From Mesotaenium endlicherianum (taxonomy: Eukaryota), in NCBI GenBank assembly GCA_009602735.1, contig WELA01001161.1:265151-323108 (forward strand): a stretch of 57,958 nt of DNA. Direction: 5' to 3'. How positions within the stretch are numbered: the stretch's first letter is position 1; each line of letters opens with the position of its first letter. The position numbers and the translations under genes are program-made. Positions 34,699-46,114 of this stretch are shown here, one piece after another. Below the pieces are notes generated by a model that worked only from the letters and a program-made list of their open reading frames with translations, searched no databases and was not told the origin of the DNA.

Positions 34699-36561
34699 AT
34701 GAATGCTCTCGGGATTCAACTCCAAAGTCCAGTGAGAGCGGCAGCGATCCTGTGCTTAGCACCGAAAGCTTCGTCATTGAGCCGAGCCTCTGTGCCAGCG
34801 TACAGCGCATTCGGTCCTCACAGTCCCCAAGCTTCAAAAGTTTCGACATCCTTCTTGCGGTTCTCTTCCAAACCAGCCTCTGCAAACACCACCAGGCGAC
34901 TGTCACATTGTCGAGCCGCTTCCGACATGTCTATGAATTCCAACAGCAAAGAAACGAGTGCAGACGCGAGGGACACCTTTGACAAACTAACAGTCATTCT
35001 TAAGGAGGTAGCAGCTCTTGATGGCGTCAAGAACCTCCTCTTCTGGGACCAGCAAGTCATGATGCCCAAGGGGGGGGCCTCTGCCAGGAGCGAGCAGGTG
35101 GCAGCTGTCGCCCGCGCACTGCATGCGAGGAGGACGACTCCAGAGCTGGGGGCTCATCTCGAGGCCTTGACTGCAGCAGGCGATCTCACACAGCAGGGGT
35201 TCAGCCAAGTGGAGGCAGCCACCGTGAGGGAGGCCGCCAGAGACTACCACCTGGCGACGAAGATGCCCGTGGAGCTCGAAGCGGAGGCCGCCACCTTGCA
35301 GAGCAAGGCCATGGGCATGTGGCAGACAGCCGTGGCTGACAACAGCTTCGAGGCATTCGCCCCCGCGCTGGACGAGTGGGTAGTGCTCCTGCGCAAGCAG
35401 GCCGCCGCCGTGAGCCCCGAGATGGATCCGTACGACTTCTGCCTCGACAAATTCGAGCGGGGCATGACAGCCGCCAGGCTGGACGCCGTCTTCGCCGAGA
35501 TCAAGGGCCCCCTCCTAGGCCTCGTCAGAAGCATCGCAGCAAAGATGGAGGCCACGCCGGGAGCCGCGGCCGACCGCAGCTTCCTGAAGTCCCGGGACCT
35601 CTTCAGCGGGCAGTTCTCGCTGGAGACGCAGCGCCGGCTGGCCGCCAGGCTGGCGCAGGACATCGGGTTCGACTTTGCGGCGGGCCGGCTGGACGAGTCG
35701 GCGCACCCCTTCACGGTGACCGTTAGCGCGCCAGGCGACGTCCGCCTGACGAGCCGCTTCGACGAGCGCGACCTCGCGTCGGGCCTGTGCGCCACGCTGC
35801 ACGAGGGGGGCCACGGGCTGTACGAGCAGGGGCGCAGCGCTGAGCTGGCGCGCGCGGGCTCGCCCGCCGGCCGCCCCCCCAGCCTGGGCATGCACGAGAG
35901 TCAGTCGCTGCTGTGGGAGCGCCTGGTGGGCAAGAGCCTGGGCTTCTGGGAGCACTACTGGCCCGTGGTGCTGCGCAGCTTCTCCTCGCTCCCGCGCAGC
36001 GCGCCCGGGGACTACTACCGCGTGCTCAACGAGGTGCGCCCCTCGCTGATCCGCGTGGAGGCCGACGAGGTGACCTACCCGCTGCACGTGCTCCTCCGCT
36101 ACGAGCTCGAGCGCGCGCTGCTGTCGGGCCAGCTGGCGGTGGCCGACCTCCCCGCCGCCTGGAACGCGAAGATGGTCGAGTACCTCGGCGTCACGCCGCC
36201 CAGCGACAGCAAGGGGTGCCTGCAGGACATCCACTGGTCAGCGGGCCTGTTCGGCTACTTCCCCACGTACGCGCTTGGGGCTTTGTACTCGTGCCAGATC
36301 TTCGAGGCGGCGGAGCGCGCGCTGCCCGACCTAAGGGCGGACATCGCTCAGGGCCGGTTCAGCGCGCTCAGGAGGTGGCTGCAGTCGGAGATCCACGACG
36401 TTGGATCGCTGTATCCGACGGCGGAGGAGCTCGTCACGCGCGTGACTGGCAGCGGCCTGGACACGTCGTGCTTTCTCAAGTACCTCTCCAGCAAGTACAC
36501 GGCCCTGTACGATCTGGAGCCCCAGGAGGCGGCGCTCTCGGAGGCCGTGGTGTTGAAGTAG
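34699..36561 (+). CDS. Metallocarboxypeptidase family M32 (carboxypeptidase Taq-like), single exon, with N-terminal organellar transit peptide
   Basis: WDQQVMMP, GRLDESAHPF, DVRLT, HEGGH (HEXXH), HESQS, IRVEADE, GCLQDIHWS, GYFPTYALG; first ~75 aa are Ser/Ala/Arg-rich with no acidic residues. Confidence 0.95.
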   Translation: MNALGIQLQSPVRAAAILCLAPKASSLSRASVPAYSAFGPHSPQASKVSTSFLRFSSKPASANTTRRLSHCRAASDMSMNSNSKETSADARDTFDKLTVILKEVAALDGVKNLLFWDQQVMMPKGGASARSEQVAAVARALHARRTTPELGAHLEALTAAGDLTQQGFSQVEAATVREAARDYHLATKMPVELEAEAATLQSKAMGMWQTAVADNSFEAFAPALDEWVVLLRKQAAAVSPEMDPYDFCLDKFERGMTAARLDAVFAEIKGPLLGLVRSIAAKMEATPGAAADRSFLKSRDLFSGQFSLETQRRLAARLAQDIGFDFAAGRLDESAHPFTVTVSAPGDVRLTSRFDERDLASGLCATLHEGGHGLYEQGRSAELARAGSPAGRPPSLGMHESQSLLWERLVGKSLGFWEHYWPVVLRSFSSLPRSAPGDYYRVLNEVRPSLIRVEADEVTYPLHVLLRYELERALLSGQLAVADLPAAWNAKMVEYLGVTPPSDSKGCLQDIHWSAGLFGYFPTYALGALYSCQIFEAAERALPDLRADIAQGRFSALRRWLQSEIHDVGSLYPTAEELVTRVTGSGLDTSCFLKYLSSKYTALYDLEPQEAALSEAVVLK

Positions 36562-37889
36562 GAAGTCTCCCTGTGTTGGTACAGCTGTCGACCGAGGCAG
36601 GGCCCGGTGCCTCGCGCTGCTGTTCTGTGCGATGGCGTAGAGGTCTAACCAGGGGCAAATTATCCCCGCAGGCTGCCGCACGGCCGGAGGGCTAGGAGGA
36701 AACTGTGTGTGGCTCGCCACTCAGCTGTCATAGGCACGTGTTGGCGGCTCCTTTTCTTCGTATTATCCGAGCAGATTTTGAGGCTGCTTGTAGGGCTAGA
36801 ATATATGAGGAAAGATGCGAAATTATTGTTTGAGCTCCTTGCAGAAAGGGGGTGATTGCTGTGTGGCAGGGGAGATGATGGCACTCTTAACCCAGATTGC
36901 TTAGCTGTGCAGAATATTATTTCTTGAATGAAGGAATTTCTTTGCTCCTCTTGTACGTAACAGCACAATTCAGAAATAAAAGTGTTGGGTGAAGAACCAG
37001 CCCCTTAGCTTGTGCTGTCTACAAGAGGTTCGAGAATATTGAGGCAGGTTCAAAATGAGGGAGCAGAAGCCTACCTTAGCCTGCATGCAGAAGAAGTAGA
37101 GATAAGTTGAAATAAGTAACACATATTCCAAGTGCACTTTTCTCGCCTTTGGCCAAATGCGGATCTTGTAGGATCGCCGCGTGGCCTTGCGAGAGCTGGG
37201 ATGCATATGGGCCAAGATCAGTGTACAGTTGTCGCTCACTAGAAGTATGAAAGTGCGGCATATCATAAAAATACGTAAGTTGACTATTTCTTCTGTTACC
37301 AGCCCTTACCTTGCACACTTGCGTGTTTCTCCTCTCTATTCAAGCACAGAGACTCCAACCCAGCATAGCTTCCATGCTCTAACTAAGTCGAGGATGGAAG
37401 CTATAGTACCTTTCAAACGTACCTGGGGGGGAAGCTTGCCCCCCCATGCCTAATTGGGGCGTTTCCTATCTTCTTGCGTTAATGCCCTCCGAGCAAGTCT
37501 CAGCCTCTTACGGCTCCAGACGCTCAAAGTGTTTCTTCTCCTACCCCAAATGATAGAACTATTGAAAAGATGACCCAAGAGATACTTTGCTACAAGAAGT
37601 GCGTGTGCAATTTGGGCAACTTGTGAGAATCAAAGCAACCAGCGGATGCTACCTTTTGTTACAGCAACCCAGCTATACCCTTCCCTCCTGCTTTCCCAGC
37701 CACTCTGCCAAGCAAGGGGCCAGTCTCTTCCAGCAGCCCTCTCCTCCCACCGAGCCCCATGCAACAGCCGGCGCGCGCGCGTCAGACGCAGGGGCACAGC
37801 CTGCGCGTTTCAGCATGCGAGCCGCCGCAGCACGGCAGAGCAAGCCCTGTCCTGACAGCTGGCGCATGCCAGCTGTCGTGTGCCAGCTG

Positions 37890-40075
37890 TCAGAGGCAGG
37901 GACACAGACGGCGCGTGCTGGCGTGCGAGCCGCCGCAGCTGAAGTACTCGGCCTTGGTGTTGTACAGGCACGCCCCCGGCATCTGGTGACGAGGTGCTGT
38001 CGCGACGACCTCCGCCGGCTGGTCGGGGCCCATGCTGGCGATGCACGCGCCCTTGCAGGCAAAGTGCTTCTGCAGCTCGGGGCACTTGTTGAGCAATGCC
38101 AGCTTCTCCCACTTGCACTGGCGGGGGTGGCAAGCGCGGCACCAAGACAGGCGAGGCGGAGAGAGACAGAGAGAGGGGCAGAGAGAGAAAGCGAGTGAGG
38201 CAGGGTGCATGAGTGAGTTGCCAAGTACATGCACGTCGTGCCTGTCTACACGGCCCCTCCCTCCATCCCCNCATACCTGTGCAGCGGGGCAGCACAGAAC
38301 GGAAGCAGCCCACTTTGGAGGGCGGGACTCCTCTCGTGATCAAGTGTTCAGCCCTAGCCAGGAATCAGACGTAACGCACCACGCCTCTGCACCATGGAGA
38401 TCTCCTCACTCACGCAGGGACCAGCTGCAGGGCCAATCTGCACCGCCATCTCGCCTGCTACGCATCCAGGAGTGCCGCCCCGAGTCAGCTCGAGGAAAGA
38501 GCCGGCTCTCTGCTGCTTGCTAGCGCGCACACCAGCCACGCCTCTCTATACATTTGGGGCGCACACATTATGAGAAGCACAGCTGCCTCCCGTCCTCTCC
38601 CCCTGTACCTTGCCGAACAAACGTTGCCCCTAGTTTCCCCTAAGGGGGAAGGAGAGGGGGCGCGGTGGTGGGGTTGAAGGGGGTGGAGGGGGGGGGGGGG
38701 TGTGAGGGCACAGGGTAGGAAGTCAAGGCAGCGACTGCAAGCAACATGGGCTTGAACGCATGCCTGCCCTGGAGTATGATATACAATATGAAATAATGCT
38801 GTAGATCTCCTGCCCCGCCCTCTCTCTCTCCCCGCTCCTCCTTCCCCCCTTTGACCCCCCCCCCCCCAANNNNNNNNNNNNNNNNNNNNNNNNNNNNNNN
38901 NNNNNNNNNNNNNNNNNNNNNNNNNNNNNNNNNNNNNNNNNNNNNNNNNNNNNNNNNNNNNNNNNNNNNNNNNNNNNNNNNNNNNNNNNNNNNNNNNNNN
39001 NNNNCCCCCCCAACCACCAGGATACCGCTACGAGCTAGGGACGTTGCGATTTGCGGTGCCAGCAAGGCAATGCCCACCCGCAGACTTCTGCCGCCGTGGC
39101 AAGAGAGGCATGTTGTGACAAAACAGCCGCACGGCCCATTAATCCCGGCAGGTCTATAGTAAATACCTGCAGGTTCGCGGCCGTGCAAGTGGCCTGGCAC
39201 GACTGGCCGGGCGCCCCGACGAGCACGGTCACGCCCTCCAGGGTCTCCTCCTCCTCCTCCTCCGCCCCCGCCTTTTGCCCGGCCCCCCCGAGCTCGGGAG
39301 CCCTGTAGCAGTGGTGGAACTTGCTCCGGTACGCATTCTCGTGCACCACGCTCAGAGAGTTGTGCCTGCAGCGGCCCCTGCAGTAGTCGAAGACGCTGCT
39401 GAAGGGGGCCGCCCCCGGCTGGTTGGCGCGGGGGGCTGCCAGGGCGGCGGCGGAGGGCGCGTGGCTCGGGTCCTGGCAGCAGGAGACGCACGACTCGTAG
39501 AGCTCGCAGCACTGCGTGCTGGCGTTGCAGGCCCTGCAGGCGAACTGCTCGCGGTGGGAGGGGCCGCAGCAGCCCGACGACATGTTCAGCTCGCGCCGCG
39601 CGCAGACGTACCCCCGGTCGTCGGCTATCAGGTCCCTCCCCTGCACGGTGTTCTGACAGGTGTCGGAACTCCCGGGTGCGACTTCTGACTTGTCCGAAGG
39701 CTGGGACCCGTCAGTACTCCTCTTTGCGAGGACGGAGTCCTCTAGGCTCGGCTTCTGCTCCAGTAGAAGCGACCTAGTCTGAGGGCTGACGTCCTTGTGG
39801 AGGACTAGATGCCTTTCTGCGTTGTCTCCTCCCGAGACATCTGCCTGGGCCATGCCATATTTCAACGTTTGTGAGGATGTCTGCAAGTGTGGCAATCGAG
39901 TGGCAATCGAGTCTCTCCTTGTGCGCGCTTCTTCAAGAGAGGAGGAGAGATTGGAATGACGCCCTCTGTTCTTGAGCTGAAGGTGGTGTGTAAATGCAAA
40001 GAAGATGATGCATGTCAGGAGCAGATTAAGGGCTGATACAAGGGTACGGTTGCTCCGACCTCGCCGTATTCCCAT
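37890..40075 (-). CDS. SPRING1/C12orf49 (SREBP-regulating gene protein, UPF0454) homolog, type II membrane protein with an extra Cys-rich C-terminal domain; exons 40075-39167 and 38117-37890
   Basis: N-terminal TM LVSALNLLLTCIIFFAF; CQNTVQGRDLIADDRGYVC...SGCC...CCELYESCVSCC...FDYCRGRCRHNSLSVVHENAY...HHCY; phase-0 splice CAG|TGC into CKWEK...FSCGGSHASTRRLCPCL*. Confidence 0.88.
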
Positions 40076-40644
40076 TGAAAATATATCGATATAAGGACAT
40101 ATAATTTACTCAATTTGGACTATCGGCCGACGTTGCCAAATCTTATGTCAGCTTAGGATCCATCCATTATCCTGCTTGGCCATGCCTGGCATCTCAGCTC
40201 AACACCTAGAGTACCTGCAAAGATCTTAGAGACATGAGACTTATCGGGGAATACTTCAAGATGAAATGCTCTTTTCTAACAAACGGTTCCCCATCTAGAT
40301 TTGGTTACCACCACAGTAAGCCATAGTTGGTTACAGTTGGTTACAGTTGTTTCGTTCTCGTGGTTCGCATGGACTTTAAAAGTTGCATGGAATCATCGCC
40401 CGCTTCAGCTTTGATGAAGGTGCTGCGTCTTAAACGTTACAGTGTTCCGCTTAACGTCGTTACGGCAGCCGCACCTACCGAACGTCGTCCATAACGTGTG
40501 GGAGAAGGTCCCCTGCAGAGCTTGCGAGTTGCGAACCCTGAACCTTGTGCTCGCCACCTGCTCGGTACTCTTGCGAGCGAGCAGTTCTTCTACCACGCAT
40601 GCGTCGAAGTTATATGTTGGTCTCGAGCTGCTCGCGAGTACGAG

Positions 40645-40679
40645 AGAAGTTGAGAAAGTTGAGAAAGTTGAGAAAGTTG
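40645..40679. repeat. 9-bp tandem repeat (gagaaagtt)x~4 between the divergent SPRING-like and TSB genes
   Basis: gagaagttgagaaagttgagaaagttgagaaagttg seen directly. Confidence 0.8.
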
Positions 40680-40987
40680 GAGCAAAATGGAGCAATAGAT
40701 GATATCCGTACCCCGGTTATATGTTTCTTATGAATGCTGGTTGTCTGCACAAGGTGCCACAAAGTGCCAACTTTCGACACGTCGTCCGTTACATAAATAA
40801 CTAAACGGACACCATTCTCATGTTCAGCAGGCTGCCTGCCACTGTTGGCTGTTGGTAGCTTCAAATATCTTCTTCAGATCCAGCCACTGTCTCTGCTCTT
40901 TCTCCTAACGGTGGAAGGTTGGGTTACCTTTCTGACGGATTAGTCTGGTAAAAGGGGATTCATTTGAAGTTGCACAATTTGACTGCA

Positions 40988-43900
40988 ATGGCAGCAGCTC
41001 TGCAGCACTTGCTGGTGGCTCCCGGCAGTGCTTCACACATTCTTCAAGGAGATAAAGCGCAGAGGAAGGTGCTTTCATCGGGAGCATCAGCTTACCACGG
41101 GCAGAAGCAACCACTCAATTTAAACTCCAGGTCGGAGAAGGTGCTCAACCGAGCTGTAGTGAGATGCACTACTGCTGACAGGCCTTTGAAGGAGGCATCA
41201 AAGGTAGCTGTCACTAGCTTTTTGACTGTTCTGCCCAATGACGCTCAAGTAGAGTTCCTGTATGTCTCATGCTGCCTTTTTATCTGGTATCATGGTACGG
41301 GCAAGACCACTATGGTCTCAAGCAAGCACGGTTGAGGGTTGAAAAGTCAATTTGTTGCCTTTACAGCTTAAGAACCTGCTGATGTCATTAGGCCTTGCAT
41401 CACGCAGGGGCCTTCTGTGCTGCATTTTTAAAAGGCCAGCATTTGCTGATCGCAAGCAATTTGTGGGAATGCTCAGTACTACTGGAGAGAGTCATTTACG
41501 ATAACTTTAACAGCTTCCAGCATATGAAGCAGTTTTCGTGGGTGTTTTATTGTGAATCAAGTGAGGGTGGCATGAAGCAGCAGGCATGGAGCAGCATGTT
41601 GAATGCATTAGTGTTTATGTTTAAAAACCAAATTAAAGAGGACCAGCACACTCACAGTGTGTGCTAGGTGGACAAGTTGCTGATTCTGTCATAGCAGTGA
41701 ATGCCATCTCAAATGGATCTGGGCAGCTAATGAGTAGGGACGAGCAGGGTGGGCAAGAGAGAGAGTGCAGGTGTGAGAGATTGACTTTATTCTGGGACCA
41801 GAAGGACCCTACTTGCCAACCTTGAGCAATATGCTAGTCTGACTGCAAGGGCAATTGATTGACATGTTCAATGGTGCAGATAACAACAGAGAGCTCTTGA
41901 TGAGGGGTGTGCAAAAGTGCAGATATGCCACTAGTCATGAAGTTTGTGTGAGTACTATGTTGCCAAAAGGAAAGGGAGGGGGATTGGTAATAGCCATTAG
42001 GAAGGATAGAGACACTGCAGCAGTAGACAATGACCAGGTGCTTGCTCAGGCAGGTGCTTCTTGTCCGGGAGGTTTCATGTGGTGCGCTGTATCTAGCTGC
42101 TAGAAGCTATGGAGGGGCTGAGCTGATAGGCTATGGGACCCATTCACTGGCATGAATTGCTGGTATGACCTGCCCCTGCATGTGAGCTAAAGCGTCAATG
42201 TATATCCTTATGATGCCCCTTGCACAGCTTCAAGACTTCCAGAGGCCAGACTCGTTCGGGCGTTACGGCAAGTTTGGAGGCAAGTATGTACCAGAGACGC
42301 TCATGGCTGCCCTGACCGACCTGGAGAAGGCCTACAAGGAGGTCAGCGCCGACGCAGAGTTCAAGGTACACTTGGCCGCCTCTCTCTTCTTCTCTTTCTG
42401 TCAAACAGATCTGCAGACATCCGGTACTCTGGGAGGCATCCAGAGCCCTTGATCTGGAATCATAAGGCTACCGGAGCCCGTCATTGAAGCCCTCCCCCAC
42501 AGCCTATAACCTCCACTCCCCTTTCTTATCTCCACAGGCCCCGAAGTGGTAGTCCTCGTGGTTTACTGGACTCAGGTGCCTCGCTGAGCTCGAGCAAGAT
42601 ACCTCTGGGCCTTGTCGGGCTTGCCTGTGGTGACAGAGCGAGTGTACCTGGGAGTGCGACAGCAAGGCTTGGGCTTGTTGTCCCGTTCTTCTTTGACCAT
42701 GCACACACTCTTGCACACGCATGCACATAAGCATGCACCAACACGCACGCACTATGCACTCTCAAGACGCCCCCACCTCAACGCCCCTCTCCCTCTTCCT
42801 CTCCCTCTCCCTCTTCCTCTCCCTCTCCCTCTTCCTCTCCCTCTCCCTCTTCCTCTCCTTCACTCCCTCTCCCACGCGTGCTGTGGGTGCGGCTGCGGCT
42901 GCGGCGTTGCGGCTGCAGAGGGTGCTGGACGGCATCCTCAAGGACTACGTGGGCCGCGAGTCGCCCCTCTACTTTGCGGAGCGCCTCACGGAGCACTACC
43001 GCCGGCCCGACGGCACGGGCCCCCTCATCTACCTCAAGCGCGAGGACCTCAACCACACGGGCGCGCACAAGATCAACAACGCGGTGGGCCAGGCCCTGCT
43101 GGCCAAGCACATCGGCAAGCAGCGCATCATTGCGGAGACGGGCGCGGGGCAGCACGGCGTGGCCACCGCCACCGTGTGCGCGCGCTTCGGGCTGCAGTGC
43201 ATCGTGTACATGGGCGCCAACGACATGGAGCGCCAGTCACTCAACGTCTTCCGCATGCGCCTCCTCGGGGCCGAGGTGACCCTCTTCTTCCACCTCCCCT
43301 CCCCCTCCCTTTCCGCTGCCCTGTCCTCCCCCTGCCCTTCCCTCCCTTCTCCCCTGCGCTGCCCTTATGGCCCCAGGGCTGTCCTCCCTTCCCCTGCCCC
43401 GGCCTCTCTTGCTCTGCCCGCCCCTCTCCTGCACTGCAGGCCCCTGCAATGCACCCCCTGCCACTGTCCTCCCCTGACTGCCCTCCCATGCCCTTTGGGG
43501 AGCTGCCCACTCCGGTCTGGTCCGTGCGCGGATGTTGACTGTGGGGGGGTCCTCTGTTTTCTCCTCCGCAATCAATGTTGGCAGCCTCAGCCTCAGCCTC
43601 TTCCTCACCCCCAAACCCAGTTATGAGTCTGGGCTCAGAGAGGAGGCAGGTCAGGGTCATCTGGCACTCCCGTGAGTTCACCCGCGAGCTGCAGCTTGGA
43701 TCCTAGCTTTTGCTGCTCTCACATCGGTTCCCCTTTGAACTTGGCAGCAACCGGTTATGTGTTTCTGCCTGGCACAAAGTAAGGCCCGGCCTTGCATCTC
43801 TCAGGGTGCCGCGACAGACCGGCAGGAGTGTTGAGTACACGAGTACCCCAGCGCCTGCGCCACGGACATGTGTGGGAGGTGCTGGAGAAGCCGGCACCGC

Positions 43901-46114
43901 AATTCTGTTCCTATAGAAGGCTATGTGCCTCCCCTCCCCCGACTCCCGAGTGGCACCGGGGGAAAAGTGAGCCCCCTGGCGAAAGTGGGAGCGCGGTCAT
44001 TAAGGGACTCGTGCCTTATGAGGCTTTGGCTCCAGGGCTGCTGCAGCCACATGTGTTTTGGGTTGCTTTCAAGGAGGTGGTTGCACATTGCTCGCTCCCC
44101 CCTGGCCGGCAAATGGAGCCTCCAGAGACTTTGGCCTCTTGTCTCCCGCGGCAACAGCGCCCTCTTTCTCACCCCCGCTTTCTCGCACTCACTTCTCCCA
44201 CTCGCTCTCACTCTGCCGCCGCTCTGGGGGTGCCTGGGGTGAGCAGGTGCGGCCGGTGCACTCGGGCACGGCGACGCTGAAGGACGCGACATCGGAGGCC
44301 ATCCGCGACTGGGTCACCAACGTAGAGACCACGCACTACATCCTGGGCTCTGTCGCGGGCCCCCACCCGTACCCCATGATCGTGCGCGACTTCCAGGCCG
44401 TCGTGGGGCAGGAGGTGCGGGCGCAGGCGCTCGAGAAGTGGGGCGGCAAGCCCGACGTGCTGCTGGCGTGCGTGGGCGGCGGCTCCAACGCCATGGGGCT
44501 GTTCCACGAGTTTGTGGACGACGCGGACGTGCGCATGATCGGCGTGGAGGCGGCGGGCGACGGCGTGCACACAAGCCGGCATGCGGCCACGCTGACGCTG
44601 GGCGAGGTCGGGGTGCTGCACGGCGCCATGAGCTACCTGCTGCAGGACGCCGACGGCCAGATTATTGAGCCGCACTCCATCAGCGCCGGGTGAGAGGGGC
44701 CCACCCACATTCAATTGTTTAGACTCTGCGGCAGCTGCACCTGCTGTACCTGCTCTGGCAGCTCTTGGAGAGGCTGATGAGGAAAGCACAAGCTCGAGGG
44801 GGGGGGGGGGGGNNNNNNNNNNNNNNNNNNNNNNNNNGGGGGGGGGGGGGGGGGGGAAGGGGTTGCGGCTGGAGGTGCTATTTCCTGCTCTCTACTGGCG
44901 TTGGTTAGCTTGACCTCACAGTTAGGCTCTTTGGATGTTCAAGTGAGCCACGTATAGCGTTTGCCATCAAGATTGCTCGGGTCCTTGCTCGAGTTCATGC
45001 GCTTGCTCAGGCAGCTCCTCTTGCAGGCGATCTTAAAGTGGCCACCCTCGTGGGATTCAAAGAATCTCTATAAGGGGAGGTGCAGCAACTCAAATGTGCG
45101 GGGTCAAGGGGCATGCGCAGGGAGGCGTGGGGGGCAGTTGTGTCGTGGTGGCATAGGTGCGGGGAGGAAGCGGCCCGATCGAGCAGGAGGCAGAGAGGAA
45201 GCAGACTGCACAGTAATGCGGGACTGATGCCGATGCGGGGTGGCCGTGTCTGTGGGGCGGGGATGGGGGGTCAAATCCGTGCGAGCAGGCTGGACTACCC
45301 GGGAGTTGGCCCCGAGCACAGCTTCCTGAAGGACCTGGGACGCGCCGAGTACTTCAGCGTCACCGACGAGGAGGCTCTCATGGGTGAGATTGCTAGCTGG
45401 CCCGTGTGTCTCTCTCGCGCCCGCCTCCCATCTGTCCTGCGAGGCCTGTTGAAGAGAGAGCAAGTAGTGGCCTGTGAGAGGCAGGCATGGAGTGACGTTG
45501 AAAGGAGCGAGCATCTTGTTGGAGCAGATTTTGAGGGCCTGTGAAGGACTTCCTGCCTGCTTGAGGTGCTGCGAGCTGGTCCGGGTACGGCCGGTGCCAC
45601 TGTGTTCAGGGTCTGCAAGTGTGTGCAGGAGCGTGTGTGTTGTTCTATTCATGTTCTGTGAAGGGGATATTTGTCCCTGACACTAGAACAGTTGTGTAGT
45701 GTTTTTTTTCAAGACGAGCTTCAAGTCAGACTACATACTGATCAGTCTGGCCACTTGGAGTGAGATGCAAGCACATCTGGGAGCATGTTGCGATCACAGT
45801 GCTATCCGCCCATGCCTTGTGTCTCCTCTGGGTGTTATGCCTGCTTTGCCCAAGAGAGCATGCAGTAGTCTCTTCACGTGCATAACACGCCGGCTCTGCT
45901 CGGCGATGTGTGTTTGTGTGCGCTGACAGCGTTTGAGAGGGTGTCGAAGCTGGAGGGCATCATCCCTGCGCTGGAGACGTCGCACGCGCTGGCCTATCTG
46001 GAGACGCTCTGCCCCCAGCTGGAGGACGGCACCAAGCTGGTGGTCTCTTTCAGCGGGCGTGGAGACAAGGATGTCAACACTGCCATCAAGTACTTTGCAG
46101 ACAAGCTCAAGTAG
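40988..46114 (+). CDS. TSB: Tryptophan synthase beta chain (type 1), plastid-targeted; exons 40988-41203, 42228-42365, 42919-43275, 44247-44689, 45289-45383, 45930-46114
   Basis: [31 protein letters not shown] (PLP lysine), [50 protein letters not shown]; exon 1 is transit-peptide-like. Confidence 0.96.
42785..42860. repeat. Polypyrimidine 18-bp tandem repeat in TSB intron 2
   Basis: (ccctctccctcttcctct)-type unit repeated about four times. Confidence 0.8.

Noticed and set aside
35244..36695. Long alternative-frame and antisense ORFs over the M32 gene (similar ones over TSB, the 5-TM gene and DDX51)
   Set aside because: Shadow ORFs expected from very high GC3; no recognisable motifs.
37424..37446. 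G7/C7 hairpin as a terminator or Helitron 3' end
   Set aside because: No U-tract, no CTRR end at the expected spacing, and no matching 5' end found.
9313..46114. Functional gene cluster (ER chaperone, SPRING-like, peptidase, TSB)
   Set aside because: No shared pathway or visible shared regulation; consistent with ordinary eukaryotic gene order.
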